64,000 nt of DNA. Origin: Eledone cirrhosa. Lineage: Eukaryota. Below are positions 28,237 to 40,770 of this stretch, piece by piece; the stretch's first letter is position 1; each line of letters begins with the position of its first letter. The position numbers and the translations under genes were made by a program. The notes beneath the pieces were generated by a model. That model searched no databases. It was not told the origin of the DNA and saw only the letters and a list, made by a program, of their open reading frames with translations. The stretch covers positions 28,768,001 through 28,832,000 of the forward strand of contig OZ024753.1 in the NCBI GenBank assembly GCA_964016885.1. The letters run 5' to 3'.

Positions 28237-29089
28237 GTGGCAAGCTCCCACTTAGCTAAATCTTTTGCATGATTTAATAAAATTTCTTCTTGTAGCTGTT
28301 TTACTGGATTTGACTTGCTAATTCCCTTGGGAAGGGAATGAATGCCACATACTCTCATCTTAACCCATCTTCAACTAAACCTAACAAAGGAGATGACACA
28401 GGGTTGAGTAGGACTGGCAGTATGCCATCATTCAAAAGACCTGTCCACCAGTACAAGTATTATGACACTAAAAGTAAATTTGGTGAGAGACCAAAGGTTA
28501 CAGTGTTTGGTGATTGAATGGAGACAATATAGGGTTTGAGAGGATTCTTCTGTCTAGGGTAGCATGTGACAACCTCCTTAGTGCTGCTGCTATGATAAAA
28601 TAACCCCCAGTCCATTCTATAAAGTGGTTGGTTTTATGAAGAGCATCCAGCCATAGAAACGATGCCAAATATGGAATATATGAGCAAGATGAGGTCACTC
28701 TGACCCATCTGATCTCAGACCATTACAACCCATCCAACCTGGTGTGGAATGCAGGCATAAAAACGCTGATGATGAATACTTTTATATAGAAAGTGTTAAT
28801 GTGACAGATGCAGGATTGTACCTTAGTAGAACAGCGGAAATGATGGTGAAGTAGACTAAATTATTTTCTGTAATTAGTTCCAGCCTTCTGCATTAGAATC
28901 TGAGTTCAATCCAGCAACAATCTACTGCACTGGTACTTCATTTATTGATACAGAAAAAAACAAAAGACAAAGTTTAATGAATTGAACTCGGAGCACAGAG
29001 CCAAAACAAATACTAAGATGCATTTAATCTGACGTTTTTATGACTCTGCCAGTTTGCTACTCTTGAACCGGTAATACACTGGTGATTGA

Positions 29090-29420
29090 AGGTGCATGGC
29101 TTAGTGGTTAGTGTTGGGCTTACAATTGTGAGGTTGAGTTCAATTCTTGGACCGGGCTTTGCATTGTGTTCTTGAGCAAGACACTTTATTTCACATTACT
29201 TCATTTTACTCAGTTGTAGAAATGAGTTATAACATCACTGATGCCAAGCTGTATCAGCCTTAGCCATTCCCTTGGACATCATCGGTGGCATGGAGAGGGG
29301 AGACTGGTATGCATGGGAGACTGCTGGTCTTCCACAAACAACCTTGCCCAGACTTATGCCTTAGAGAGGAACTTTCAAGGTGCAAATCCCATGGTCATTT
29401 GTGACCAAAGGGGGTCTTTA
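29090..29420 (+). mobile_element. Second tRNA-derived SINE family
   Basis: A-box TGGCTTAGTGG, B-box-like GAGTTCAATTC, conserved GTGTTCTTGAGCAAGACACTT block. Related pieces at ~22990-23100, ~37745-37895 and ~48100-48370 (all -). Confidence 0.75.
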
Positions 29421-30016
29421 TACTGTGATAAATTCAATGAACTATACCTGCTCCCTTTAAAATCTTCAGTTTTGTATCAATGACAGTAATCTATAATACA
29501 GATCTAATGATATCCTTTCCAAGCCGGCATAAAAAACACAGCATTACATTTATTACAGGAACACATGCAGCTGTTCTGGACACATGTTTGCTAACACATT
29601 TAGTTTTAGCGTGATGTTTTAATAACTAAAGTGGTTGAAATAATCCTGCTGTTTAAATGACAGTGGCTGCTATAATAATGATGCTTTAAGATAAGAGAAT
29701 GACAGTTTGATGAGAAACCACTGTTTAGACTAATTGATGATAGGACTGTTGCTGTTTTAACTATTGGCAAATTCTCCAACATTTCTATGTTTATTTAGGT
29801 ACATACATTATGGAGTATACAAGAGTGTTTAACATCTAATGAGGAGAGACTAAAGTTGTTAAGCTAATAATCTGACTGAAAATATCAAGAGCTCAAATCA
29901 TCCTTTATCTATTGGTTTTTAACTATTGGGGAATTCTCCAATATTACTTTTTTACTTAGTTACATTATAGAGTATACATGAGAAATTTCTACATCTAATG
30001 AGATTAAAATTGTTAA

Positions 30017-30218
30017 CCCTTTAGCATTTACATTACTCTATATTTACTACTGTATTTTCATGGTAAAGGCTTACATAATATCGAATCTATGAGATTTTGA
30101 TATTATTTATTTTGAGAACAATACCCTAACATCAGTATGAGTGACTAGTTATGGTCAGTTTAAACAGAAAGATGTGAGAGAATTATGACTGGATATGGCT
30201 GGTTTAAATGCTAAAGGG
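30017..30218. mobile_element. ~200-bp piggyBac-type MITE (TTAA TSD)
   Basis: TTAA|CCCTTTAGCATTTA...TAAATGCTAAAGGG|TTAA. Other copies at ~24542-24868, ~26410-26631, ~37495-37704, ~48500-48698 and 53382-53602. Confidence 0.88.
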
Positions 30219-33149
30219 TTAAGCTAATAATTCGACTGAACATATCCTTTATCCAAGTTGAGGAATTTAGTAAAATAATTATTTCATTAAGTTAGTATTT
30301 CTAATGTAACAAAACGTTTTTAAATCAAACTCTGCTGGAATATTTTGATTTAAATATAAATATATATACGTATAAATGTATGTATTGTATATTTAAAAAT
30401 ATACTGTATGCTTATTTAAAAACATTTTGATTATGAATTTCATTGCAAAAGGTCTTCAAAATGTTTTAAAATGAACTTACAGTATATTGTTAAATATACA
30501 ATACGTTCATTCATATATATCGTTATTTCAGAGCACTAATACAAATAAATAAATATATTGGAATGGGTTCCTTTTTTATAGTACTTGAGATGGTTTTGAG
30601 TGGGTTAGTATCAATAGTTAAATTTCTAACAAAAATGATGATTCCTCTGAATACAAAATGGCACCCCCTTGACACTTGATGGACTTGGCATTGCAAAGTT
30701 ATTAAACACTTGTTTATAAAACAATGCTTCCACTGTGTTCAGAATTGTTAATCTCCTGCTTTGTTAAACTATTTTTATTCCTAGTGATTGCCTTATAACA
30801 CTTTTCTCTGTCTATATACTACATTGAATGACATTATATAGTGTAGATGTCTGTCTGTGTGTGTGTGTGTGTGTCTGTCTGTCTGTCTGTCTGAATTTCT
30901 GCCTCTCTCTTCCTCTCTCTCTGTCCCTTTCATAATGTCCAGTGAGCCACTTACAGTTCAATATTGGTAGCTATTGTATTTTCTTTGTCAACTTCAGAAT
31001 GATTTTCAAATGAAAGGCATTGGCATTATAAAGTTTGTTCTAAATAATATTGTGGCTATTGATGATTCTGTAAATAATGCTGATAATTAGCTATTAAGGT
31101 GAGATCAAAATGAAAAAATATGTCCTCATTAATGCAGTTAGAGGAGGGAACAGGATAGCACAGGATTTAACTTCCTTCAATATAGTTTACAACAAAATGT
31201 GATGGAGATAAACAACTCCATTAAAATGACAGTTAAAATGCCCCTTGCGGGGTCGATAAAATAAAGCACCAGTAATGAACTGGGGTTGATTTAATTGACT
31301 TTCCCCTCCCTAAAATTGTTGGCCTTGTGCCTAAATCAGAAACCACAAGGGCAGTGAATTGGTAGAGTGTCGGACACCATGCTTTGCAGCATAGTGTTAC
31401 AGCTCTTTACTTTCTAAGTTCAAATCCTGTCAAGGTTAGCTTTACCCTTCATCTTTAAGGGGTTGATAAAATAAAGTACCAGTAATGAACTGGGGTTATT
31501 AAAATTGTTGGCCTTGAGTCTAAATCTGAAACCATTATATGATACATTAGTTTTTCAATTGTTTCTATCTTCAATGTACTTCAATACTGTATTGTACATC
31601 TAGTGACTGGCTTAGGGATCTGACATGAAGAATTCCCAACAAATTTAGATTAATGTCTTTATTTACTTAGCAATGGAATAAAACTTTGTGCTCAGCAAAT
31701 ACATCATGAATCTCAATTATGTGAGTCTACATACAAAAACTAATCAGAATATGTAAATTACAGCAGCAATAGATAGATAGATAAATAAATAAGATAAAAT
31801 AAAGTCATATTGACTCAATTAATTGCAGAACATTGCAAGCAGTCAAGTGAAGTTATGAAAGCAATAACATCATACACATCATTAAAAATTTCCTATTAAA
31901 AATATGTCTAATTATTTATAATTATTATCATCATTTTAATCAACTGTCTCAGATGAGTTGGATTTTAATTTTTCAGTTCAGATGAACTTCATCTTTGGAG
32001 ATGAAAATTTAAAAAATATATATTTGTTTTGATATAAATAAATTTTTATGGCAACGTAAATGATAATTTCTAACAAGGTTTCAAATTTTAGGGAAAAGTA
32101 GTAGAACTGATTAAATTGATCACCAGTAATTTACTACTACGTTGCTTTTTTTAAAAATAGGTTATAGATACCGAGGCAAGATGAAAGGAATGAGATAAAT
32201 ATTGAGTTTGAACTGACTTGTAGTTCTGTCTATAGCTACTCTTAATAACTCTTTCATTACCATATTTCTAAGGAGAGGCACTGCTTTCTTTTTTTTCTTT
32301 TTCTTCTTTTTCCTTTTTACTTACTTTTCTGTTTCTTCGTTTTCTTTTCCTTTTTCCTTTTTTTCTCTTCTTTTTTCTTCTTCCCACTTATTTCTGAGAG
32401 GGTGATAGAAGCAGATACAACTTCCAGGGAAGGAAGTCCCCATAGAAGCAACCATTTCTGTTTTCTAAAATATACAGTTCTCTAGTTGGCTTGAATCATT
32501 TTTTGGCTTAATCTTGCTGAAACACCTTTGAATGTAGGAAATATTTTCGAAATAACCTCCTGTTTGCATCCTGTTTCTCCATCTTAATCATGTAAGCATC
32601 TTCTCAAATATAACCTTCACTGATGTATGATTTACAAATATCAGTCTTTACAGATAACAAACTTCACATGAAGTTTCTTATCTCAGTTAAGTAAAACTGA
32701 AAGAGGTAACAGTTGATAACAAGTATTTTCAAACTGGCAGAGATGTAAGGAATAGATTTAGTTCACTATCAAAAGCTAATGTTAGCAGTTGTGGAAACAT
32801 TTGCAGTTGTTGCATGTATGGTTGTGGAAATATGCAATACTTGTTCACAAACGAGAGTGAAATATAGAATAGCTATCTCACTTTATATAGCTACACTATT
32901 TTGGCATTAGGAAGGGAATCCTGCTGTAGAAATCTAGCCAGAAAGAATTCTATATGAACAAGACACAGTCACCTGACCCAACTTGCCTCAAATGATATAA
33001 CCCATTTAACCCATGCTAGTGTGGAAAGTGGACGTTAAATGATGATGATGATGATGACAGTACATTTTATAGCTATATCACTTTATATAGCTACACCACT
33101 TTATACAGTTATACCACTATATATAGCTATATCACTTTATATAGCTAGA

Positions 33150-33548
33150 CATAGCAGTACACATTGACAGTACATATTAACACTTCACATGGGCAGTAAA
33201 CACTGGCAGTACAAACTGGTAGTACACATTGGCAGTACAAACTGGTAGTACACATTGGCAGTACAAACTGGTAGTACACATTGGCAGTACACACTGGTAG
33301 TACACACTGGCATTACACACTGGCATTACACACTGGCATTACACACTGGCATTGCACACTGGCATTACACACTGGCATTACACACTGGCATTACACACTG
33401 GCATTACACACTGGCAGTACACACTGGCAGTACACACTGACACTGACAGTACACACTGGCATTACACACTGGCAGTACACACTGACAGTACACACTGGCA
33501 TTACACACTGGCAGTACACACTGGCAGTACACACTGGCAGTACACACT
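33150..33548. repeat. 13-bp minisatellite (ACACACTGGCATT/CAGT)n
   Basis: Direct inspection. Confidence 0.92.
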
Positions 33549-33958
33549 AAGCAGTAATGGTAATAGGATATCAACTAACAGCTTTGTAGGCTGATAGTTA
33601 TATTGGCTTTATCAGTTGTCACCTAATTGTTTTAATAGTTCATATAAAAACTGTTGTTGTTGAGCTTTAGGCTCACCCTGATCAAACACATTCCAGCTCT
33701 AACCATTTTCTATTTTCTCTATGCACAGAAGACCGAGAATCCTTTTGCCAAACATTCTTTTTCAAGATGACTGGGAATGAATTGGGGAAAATTTGGTTGC
33801 TATTTCCAGCAGATCAAATAACAACATTGAAATCCCTCAATGGCTAGAGCCACCATGTGGTGGTGAGTGGGTGGTCACTCCTGTATCTTTAATTGCATAT
33901 AGTGTCAGCCTGTCATTGAAGTTGACACTATATATATATATGCATTTATATATGTGTT

Positions 33959-33999
<41 letters not shown>

Positions 34000-34119
34000 T
34001 ATTAAAGGCTCAAATGACAGCTGGAAATTATAAATTGAAGGAGTGTGAGAAATGAGAAGAATTTATTGGAAATTTCCAAACCTGAAACTTCCTACTTGCT
34101 TATTGAACAAATGATAATT

Positions 34120-34740
34120 CTTCTTCTTCACCCACTTATTTCTGATAGGGTCATGGGTGAAGATTCCTCAAACACTCCTTCCGGAGGGTCCTGTCAGAAG
34201 CAACTGTTTTCAATTGATCTGGCTGGATCCCCAAGCAAGACCAGCCAAGCTCATTGATGTTATCCAACCATCTTGCTCTGAGTCTACCCCTGGGTCTCCT
34301 ACTGGTTGGTTTTGCCCGTAAAATCTGTCTAGTGATTCTTTGATTTTTATATATTTAATTTTGTTGTATCCAAGAAATCTTCTTCTTGTTCTTCTTCTTG
34401 CTCGACAAGGCTGGGGTCATCCTAAGCCAGTGATCCCAAAGCATCATTGTGCATAGAGCTGACTAGGTCCACCAGCACCCTCCATCATTGGTGGTCCTGT
34501 GCCAGCTCCTCTTCATCCACTAAGGTGGTGTCAAGCCTCTGGACATCCTTCCTAATGACATCCGGCCATCTAATACAGGGCCTGCCACGGGGCCTCTTCC
34601 AGCCTGCATTGAACGAGAGTAAGGACCTGGTAGGATGATCTGGTGGAAAGTGGAGGACATGTCCATACCAACGCATGTGACAGATAGCTCTGAGGTAGAA
34701 AGCTGTGGGCTGACATGTATGTGCACGCAACACTTTGTCC
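34120..34740 (-). mobile_element. Two old LINE 3' fragments with (GAA)n tails (RTE-like)
   Basis: RWYGHVLHFPPDHPTR...WKRPRGRP..RW.DVI in ORF 34485-34733. The AATAAGTGGG(T)GAAGAAG tail also occurs at ~32380 (-) and ~42365 (+). Confidence 0.7.
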
Positions 34741-35240
34741 CATCCTTGTTTCTAGACACAAGAAATTATTAATCAAAGCATGTAAAAAACCCCAAAAAAT
34801 CTGAAAGAGAATATAGCTATTAAATATCTAAATGAACCTTTCTGGTGCCACATTATTACCGATAGTCACAATGAACTTTTATGCATTATTTGGAAAAAAA
34901 AACATTTGCAAGACAATCTGTTTGTAGTAGTATTTATATTTCATTCCTCTTCTTGATATTACTTGCACATTGGTGCACACGCACAGTTACACACTAATCT
35001 TGGCATTTCTCTGATTAATGAGTTAGCATAACGTTTGGTTAAAAAAAAAAATATTCAGCAGTCGAAAAGAAATGAAAAGAAAGATGAGGTTGGGGGTGGG
35101 GGAAAATGGAATATTGTGTGACATTTCTGAAAAAAGTGATTTGTTTGTTCAAGCAAGGCATTGTGTTATAAGTTCAGGTCTGCAATGAAATGTCATGATG
35201 CATTCAAGCATTGGATATTAATAATCTGTGTATAATTGTC

Positions 35241-35278
<38 letters not shown>

Positions 35279-35317
35279 CATATACACACACACACACACA
35301 CACACATAGCTTTGTGT

Positions 35318-35640
35318 GTGGACATGTGTTTAATGTGTATGTATGTGAGTGGGTTTGTGGACATGTATTATGTGTGTGTATGTATGTTTGTGGACATGTC
35401 TAATGTGTGTGTATGCATGTTTGTGGACATGTCTAATGTGTGTGTATGCATGTTTGTGGACATGTCTGTGTGTGTGTATGTATGTTTGTGGACATGTCTA
35501 ATGTGTGTATATATGTGTACGTATGTTTATGGACATGTCTAATGTGTTTGTCTGAGTGTGTAGACATGTCTGTGTGTACGAGGGTTTGTGGACATGCCTG
35601 TGTGTATGTCTGTGTATGTACCAGGGTTTGTGTACATGTG
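35318..35640. repeat. ~33-bp minisatellite with GTGGACATGTC core
   Basis: Direct inspection. Confidence 0.85.
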
Positions 35641-37994
35641 GGCTATGTTGCTAGACATCTGCTGTGTCTTGTGTTGTGAAAATAAACAAAGATATTATTT
35701 GTTTAAATATTTTTATTTTATTTTAAAGAAGAAAAATAGCGATTTTATTGTTGCCACCAGGTCTTATTTATACAAGGAGATTGGGAATTTGTAGTGTTCA
35801 TACATTTCTTAATAGAATTACAAAAGAACTTTTATATTGTCCCTCAACTTGTTTGAAATAGAAGCTAAATATCGCACATATCATACACTGTTTTAAGAAA
35901 AAGAAGATAACACATTAGATAATATAATTTAGATACTACTTAAAAGAAACCATGAATGTTTTTGAGTATGTTTGTTAATTAGGGTTAACCTATGAGTAAA
36001 CATCAACAATTATAACAATTGGCCAACTAAGTATAATATCAGATTTGTGGCTCAAATATCATGAGTTCAAATCTATTGTGAGTGTTGTTTTGTTTGGGTA
36101 GTAGTCCACTATTTTGCATTACCTCATATTGTCTCATTGACAAAAATAGAGATCAGGTCCTTTGAAATATTACCTGACCTCTTTAGGTAAATAGTTACAC
36201 TGTGTATCTGCATGTCAAAAGAGGAGACTAAAGGGTTTGGCACCAGGAAGGGCAGGGCATCTCTGGTGGTGAAACATTTCCTCAAAAAGGACCTTATGAT
36301 GAATATAAAAGCTTGTCATTAAGACCTGTAGTTTAATTAATAACCCAAGGGAAAATGGCTTTAAAACACTTGTTGTATCTGCTTAACATCATCACATCCA
36401 AACTTTAAGAGGGAATACCTTTTTAATGCTTTTTAGATCAAGGTCAGCTCTTGCTGAGGAGATTGGATCCAACCATAAACACTTAATCTTTTACTTTATC
36501 AAGAGCTATTTTGTCCAGTGTAACCTTCCATTTTAAGACAGTAGTGTGTAATTTAATAGAAATTTGACTGATATATCTGAAAGGTCAAGCAACTATATAG
36601 AAACTCCCTTGTGTGTTGTTAAGTTCCAGCCCAGCCTTGATTGAGCAGACATTTAAACAAAAGTAGAGATATGATTATCCCATCTTTTATGTATAACAGA
36701 CTATTTTCTCCTTTTATGTATAAAGCTTATATGGTGTCACTTGAAGCTGAGCTGTAGGTGTGGTGTGTAAATGAAGAAATTTAAGATATCATATGGTGTG
36801 AACATAGCATTAGTCAAAGTGTAATATGATATATTAAGAATATGATATTTAGCATGAGACTAGGATTAAATATTGCTCAGTAAAAGCTCTGTGGAGTACT
36901 TTGAAAACATTTTCATTAGTTTTTTTTTTCTATTGTTAACACAGAGTTTATTGAACATTCATCATCATCATCATCATCATCATCATCTAATAGAAACAAA
37001 GCACTATTGGAGGGAACAGAAAAAGGGAGGAAATGAAAAGAAAAAGAAAAAAAAGGGGATGAAGCAGTGAAGGAAAGGGAGAGAGGGAGGGACAGACACT
37101 ACACCCTAGTCTGAGCAGTGATTCAGCGGTGCCTCACAAACAAAATGGCAAAGGCATTATCATTTTATTTCTCATTCACTTTATATGCACCTCCCCTTAC
37201 CAAGAATGATTTTAACAAAATATACATCTCTCTGACCACAAACCACCATTTTTATACTCTACTGTTGCTTTTCTTGGCTTTTTCTTTCCTTCTCTACCTT
37301 TCCTCCCATTTAATCTGTCTTCCCAGCATGCTGATATGCTCACCATCTGTTGCCTAATAGTCCTTGCTCTTTCCATCCTTTTCTTCTCATGTATGGCATT
37401 TATAGTCTTTTCCTTTCCTATACAGCCAGCTCTGCCCTTCTTTAACCCTCCCCACTTTTTTTCATTACTTAATTTTGTTTTGTATCCCTTTTTGACCCTT
37501 TAACATTTACATTATTCTATATTTACTATTATATTTTTGTGGTATAATTATCTCACATAATATCAAATCTATGAGATTTTGATGTTATTTATTTTGAAAA
37601 CAATACCTTAACATTAGCATGAGCTGCTGATTACAGCCAGTTTTAACAGAAAGTGGTGAGAGAATTCTGGCCAGATATGGCCAGTTTAAATGCTAATGAG
37701 TTAAATAGAAAACTTATATAAAGTAAACATATCCATATGCCTTTCAATACACTGCTGGTCTTCATTTTCAGTCAGCTGAGTGTACTGGAGGAATGTGAAA
37801 TGAAGAGTTTTGCTCAACATACCACCTAGTCCATGAACCAAACCCCATGACATTATGATCATAAATCCAACACCATAATCACTAAGCCACACATCTCTTT
37901 TATACTCCAGTAAAAACAAACTGCCATCTTTAGTTGCTGTTGCAAATTAATACTAATCTCTATTTCTTTCCCACACAAACTATACAATTACTAC

Positions 37995-38057
37995 CAATGC
38001 TGTACAAAGTTGCTTGTTGTTGGTCATTGACATCTTCTATTTCTGTTTCAAGTCTTG
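37995..38057 (-). CDS. Candidate isolated 63-nt coding exon of an unidentified host gene (RLETEIEDVNDQQQATLYSI)
   Basis: Pyrimidine-rich acceptor TTCCTTTCAG, open frame-preserving 63 nt, weak GT donor. No homology recognised. Confidence 0.25.
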
Positions 38058-38172
38058 CTGAAAGGAATTTTGAAAATGTCAAGATATTTAGAAAATCAAG
38101 CATTTTCCATTGGTAAAAAAAAAAAAATCCAGTAACCAATATTATCTCACATTGTTGTTTATAGATAGCTGA

Positions 38173-38205
<33 letters not shown>

Positions 38206-38443
38206 TGAAGCAGCAACAGCACTAACAGCAGTAACAATAGCAACTGGTGGTGATGATAAGGATAAAGACACTATTGTTGCTGAGGTTGATTTTGTTTTCA
38301 CTATTATAAAATACAATAGTTTGTAACTATATGATGCATTTGATGGTTTCAGTCAATGGACTTTGGTCATGCTGGAGCACCACCTCCAAATGTTTCAGTT
38401 TACTATATGATGGCCCAGCACAAATTACTGGAATTCTAATATA

Positions 38444-38750
38444 CAGTGTGTCCCCCCAAAATGTATGCTATGCATACTTCATCAACATTATAATAAATAT
38501 AGGGCGGTGGATTGGCAGTATCGGTAGAGGGTCGGACGCCATGCTTTGACGCATAGAGTTACGGCCCTTGCCATTCTGAGTTCAAATCCCGGCGAGGTTA
38601 ACTTTACCTTTCATCCTTACGGGGTCGATAAAATAAAGTACCAGTAATGTACTGGCTAATTGCTGGCCTTGTGCCAAAATTAGAAACAATTATAATAAAT
38701 ATTCCTATACAGGTAATCAAAGTGTGTACACATTTTTGGGGGACACCCTG
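38444..38750. mobile_element. Small Tc1/mariner-type MITE interrupted by a full-length SINE (38501-38688)
   Basis: TA|CAGTGTGTCCCCCCAAAATGT...ACATTTTTGGGGGACACCCTG|TA. The SINE is flanked by the 14-bp TSD ATTATAATAAATAT. Confidence 0.8.
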
Positions 38751-39312
38751 TATACATATACATCGAGCAGGATTCCATGCATTCCATTTACCAAAATCTC
38801 ATTCAGTTAGATTGACCAAAGCTTTCTTTGGTAAAAGACACTGTGTTATAAAACCTGGAACCATGCAATTGTGAGGTGAACTTTTTAACCACATAGCCAT
38901 GCCTGCATCTAGCGAACTACATGATAACATGTATATGAATTAATAACAAATATTTTACATATTACTTGTACTCTAACTGTATTTAACACATCATATTTCT
39001 AATTAAAATACTCTGCCAATTATTTGCAAATCCTTTTGAAAATATTTGGGAATTTAGAAAGATTTAGTAATATAACTAATTTTATCATTATTGATCTGGT
39101 ATCTGAAACATAACAAAAGGTTCTTACATAGAATTATGATGGGAGGTTTTTATTTTTATTCAGCTGGGGATTTGTTCTTGTTCTAGTATTATGGACTGGA
39201 TAGTTCTGTAAATTTAAGATATTTTATGTATCAATCACTATAAATGTTGTTTATCCCCAGATCAGCCCTGAGTGAGCAGTCATTCCAGCCCTATCAGCTA
39301 TATATATATATA

Positions 39313-39577
39313 TAATTATAACAGTGACATAAACAGGTACTTAAGTTTCGTTAGTTTCTGGACCCCAACTCATTCAGCCTGACATAAGAAAAATAGAAAT
39401 AAAGATTTTTATTTTTATTGTGACAGGCTGAATGAGTTGGGGTCCAGAAACTAACGAAACTTAAGTACCTATTTTTAAGTACCTGTTTATGTCACTGTTG
39501 TAATCATTTATACTAAACTCGTCATATGAACTGAGTGCTCTTACCCTTGGATATTTCTACTAAACTTTTACTTCAGT
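39313..39577. mobile_element. Short TA-embedded fold-back element with two inverted hammerheads (39334-39381 -, 39424-39470 +)
   Basis: CAGG-CTGAATGA-GTTGG...CTAAC-GAAA-CTTAAG-TA-CCT(G) on both arms. Confidence 0.75.
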
Positions 39578-39606
39578 ATATATATATATGTTTGATTGTG
39601 CAATGC

Positions 39607-39663
39607 ACACCTGATGATGTCACCAGGATCTTATGTAACCAGGCATTGAAATATATATAGTGT
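39607..39663 (+). ncRNA. Type I hammerhead ribozyme (same family as 10514-10571), with degenerate stem II
   Basis: ACAC-CTGATGA-T...T-GAAA-TATATA-TA-GTGT. Downstream AATAAA..CTTT..AAGGA...GCCTCCTGT shared with the 10.5-kb copy. Confidence 0.7.
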
Positions 39664-39916
39664 TTATGCAACAATAAAACTTTAAAGGAACATCACCAGT
39701 ATGGCCTCCTGTTATTTTAATCAAACTAATATTTAACTTTGTTCCTGCATCAGCCACAAGATTCAACATCAACATCGATGATGGTTGAGTTGCGTAACGT
39801 AGTGCTTTTCCTCCTATTACATTATGATTAACTAAACAGAATGACCAGTTCTATCCAGTGGTGAATCACTAAAAATAAATGATTATATATAGGTTTTATA
39901 TCTATATTGTCGGGCA

Positions 39917-40038
39917 TCCACTGATGATTTATAAGTGCCCACCTACATATATTCCTATGGACTATATGTAGGCTTCTACATAACCTGGACATTATTTTCC
40001 CAATTTGTAGAAAACTTATAATGAAACGATCGTTTGGA
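39917..40038 (+). ncRNA. Type I hammerhead with branched stem II (family of 4299-4424); element extends to ~40218
   Basis: TCCA-CTGATGA-T-TTATAAG...CTTATAA-T-GAAA-CGATCG-TT-TGGA. Confidence 0.75.
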
Positions 40039-40448
40039 AAGAGAGATGTATTTAATTATGTCTCATATTAATTAATACAACTGGCTATCCGCAAAATACG
40101 TATAGTTAGCCCCCAAACGTATAATTGGGATTATACTAAGGTATATCCTAATGTTTGTTGAGTGAGACGGAAGCAGCTCGGAGTATTGCTTAAAGCTTTC
40201 TCTGTTAATGTATTAAATAAATATATATATATATATATATATATATGCTTTTGTTCCTGAAATTGAATTGGGATAATATAATCTCAAGTTCACTATAATT
40301 ATGGTAAGGTGTGGTTTGTGAAAATTGTTTTTGCACAGTTATATGTTGTTCTAGGCCATTCAACCATGACAAATATCTGTACATATGCATATGTAAACAC
40401 ACACACACACACAATATATATATATATATATACATGTATATATATGTG

Positions 40449-40479
<31 letters not shown>

Positions 40480-40574
40480 ATATATGTATACATGTATATA
40501 TATATGTATATATATATATGTGTGTGTATGTGTGTATGTATATATATATATATATGTGTGTATGTGTGTGTATG

Positions 40575-40607
<33 letters not shown>

Positions 40608-40646
40608 GTATATATATATATATGTGTATGTATGTGTGTGTGTATG

Positions 40647-40677
<31 letters not shown>

Positions 40678-40699
40678 GTGTGTGTATGTGTGTGTGTAT

Positions 40700-40731
<32 letters not shown>

Positions 40732-40770
40732 GTGTGTGTATGTGTGTGTGTATATATATATATATATATA

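Noticed and set aside
29090-29160. tRNA gene candidate
   Set aside because: A/B boxes belong to a SINE head. No cloverleaf, and it continues into the SINE body.
33255-33594. HTG/HWHY repeat ORFs and a CRISPR-like regular look
   Set aside because: A 13-bp minisatellite without unique spacers, in a eukaryotic context with no cas genes.
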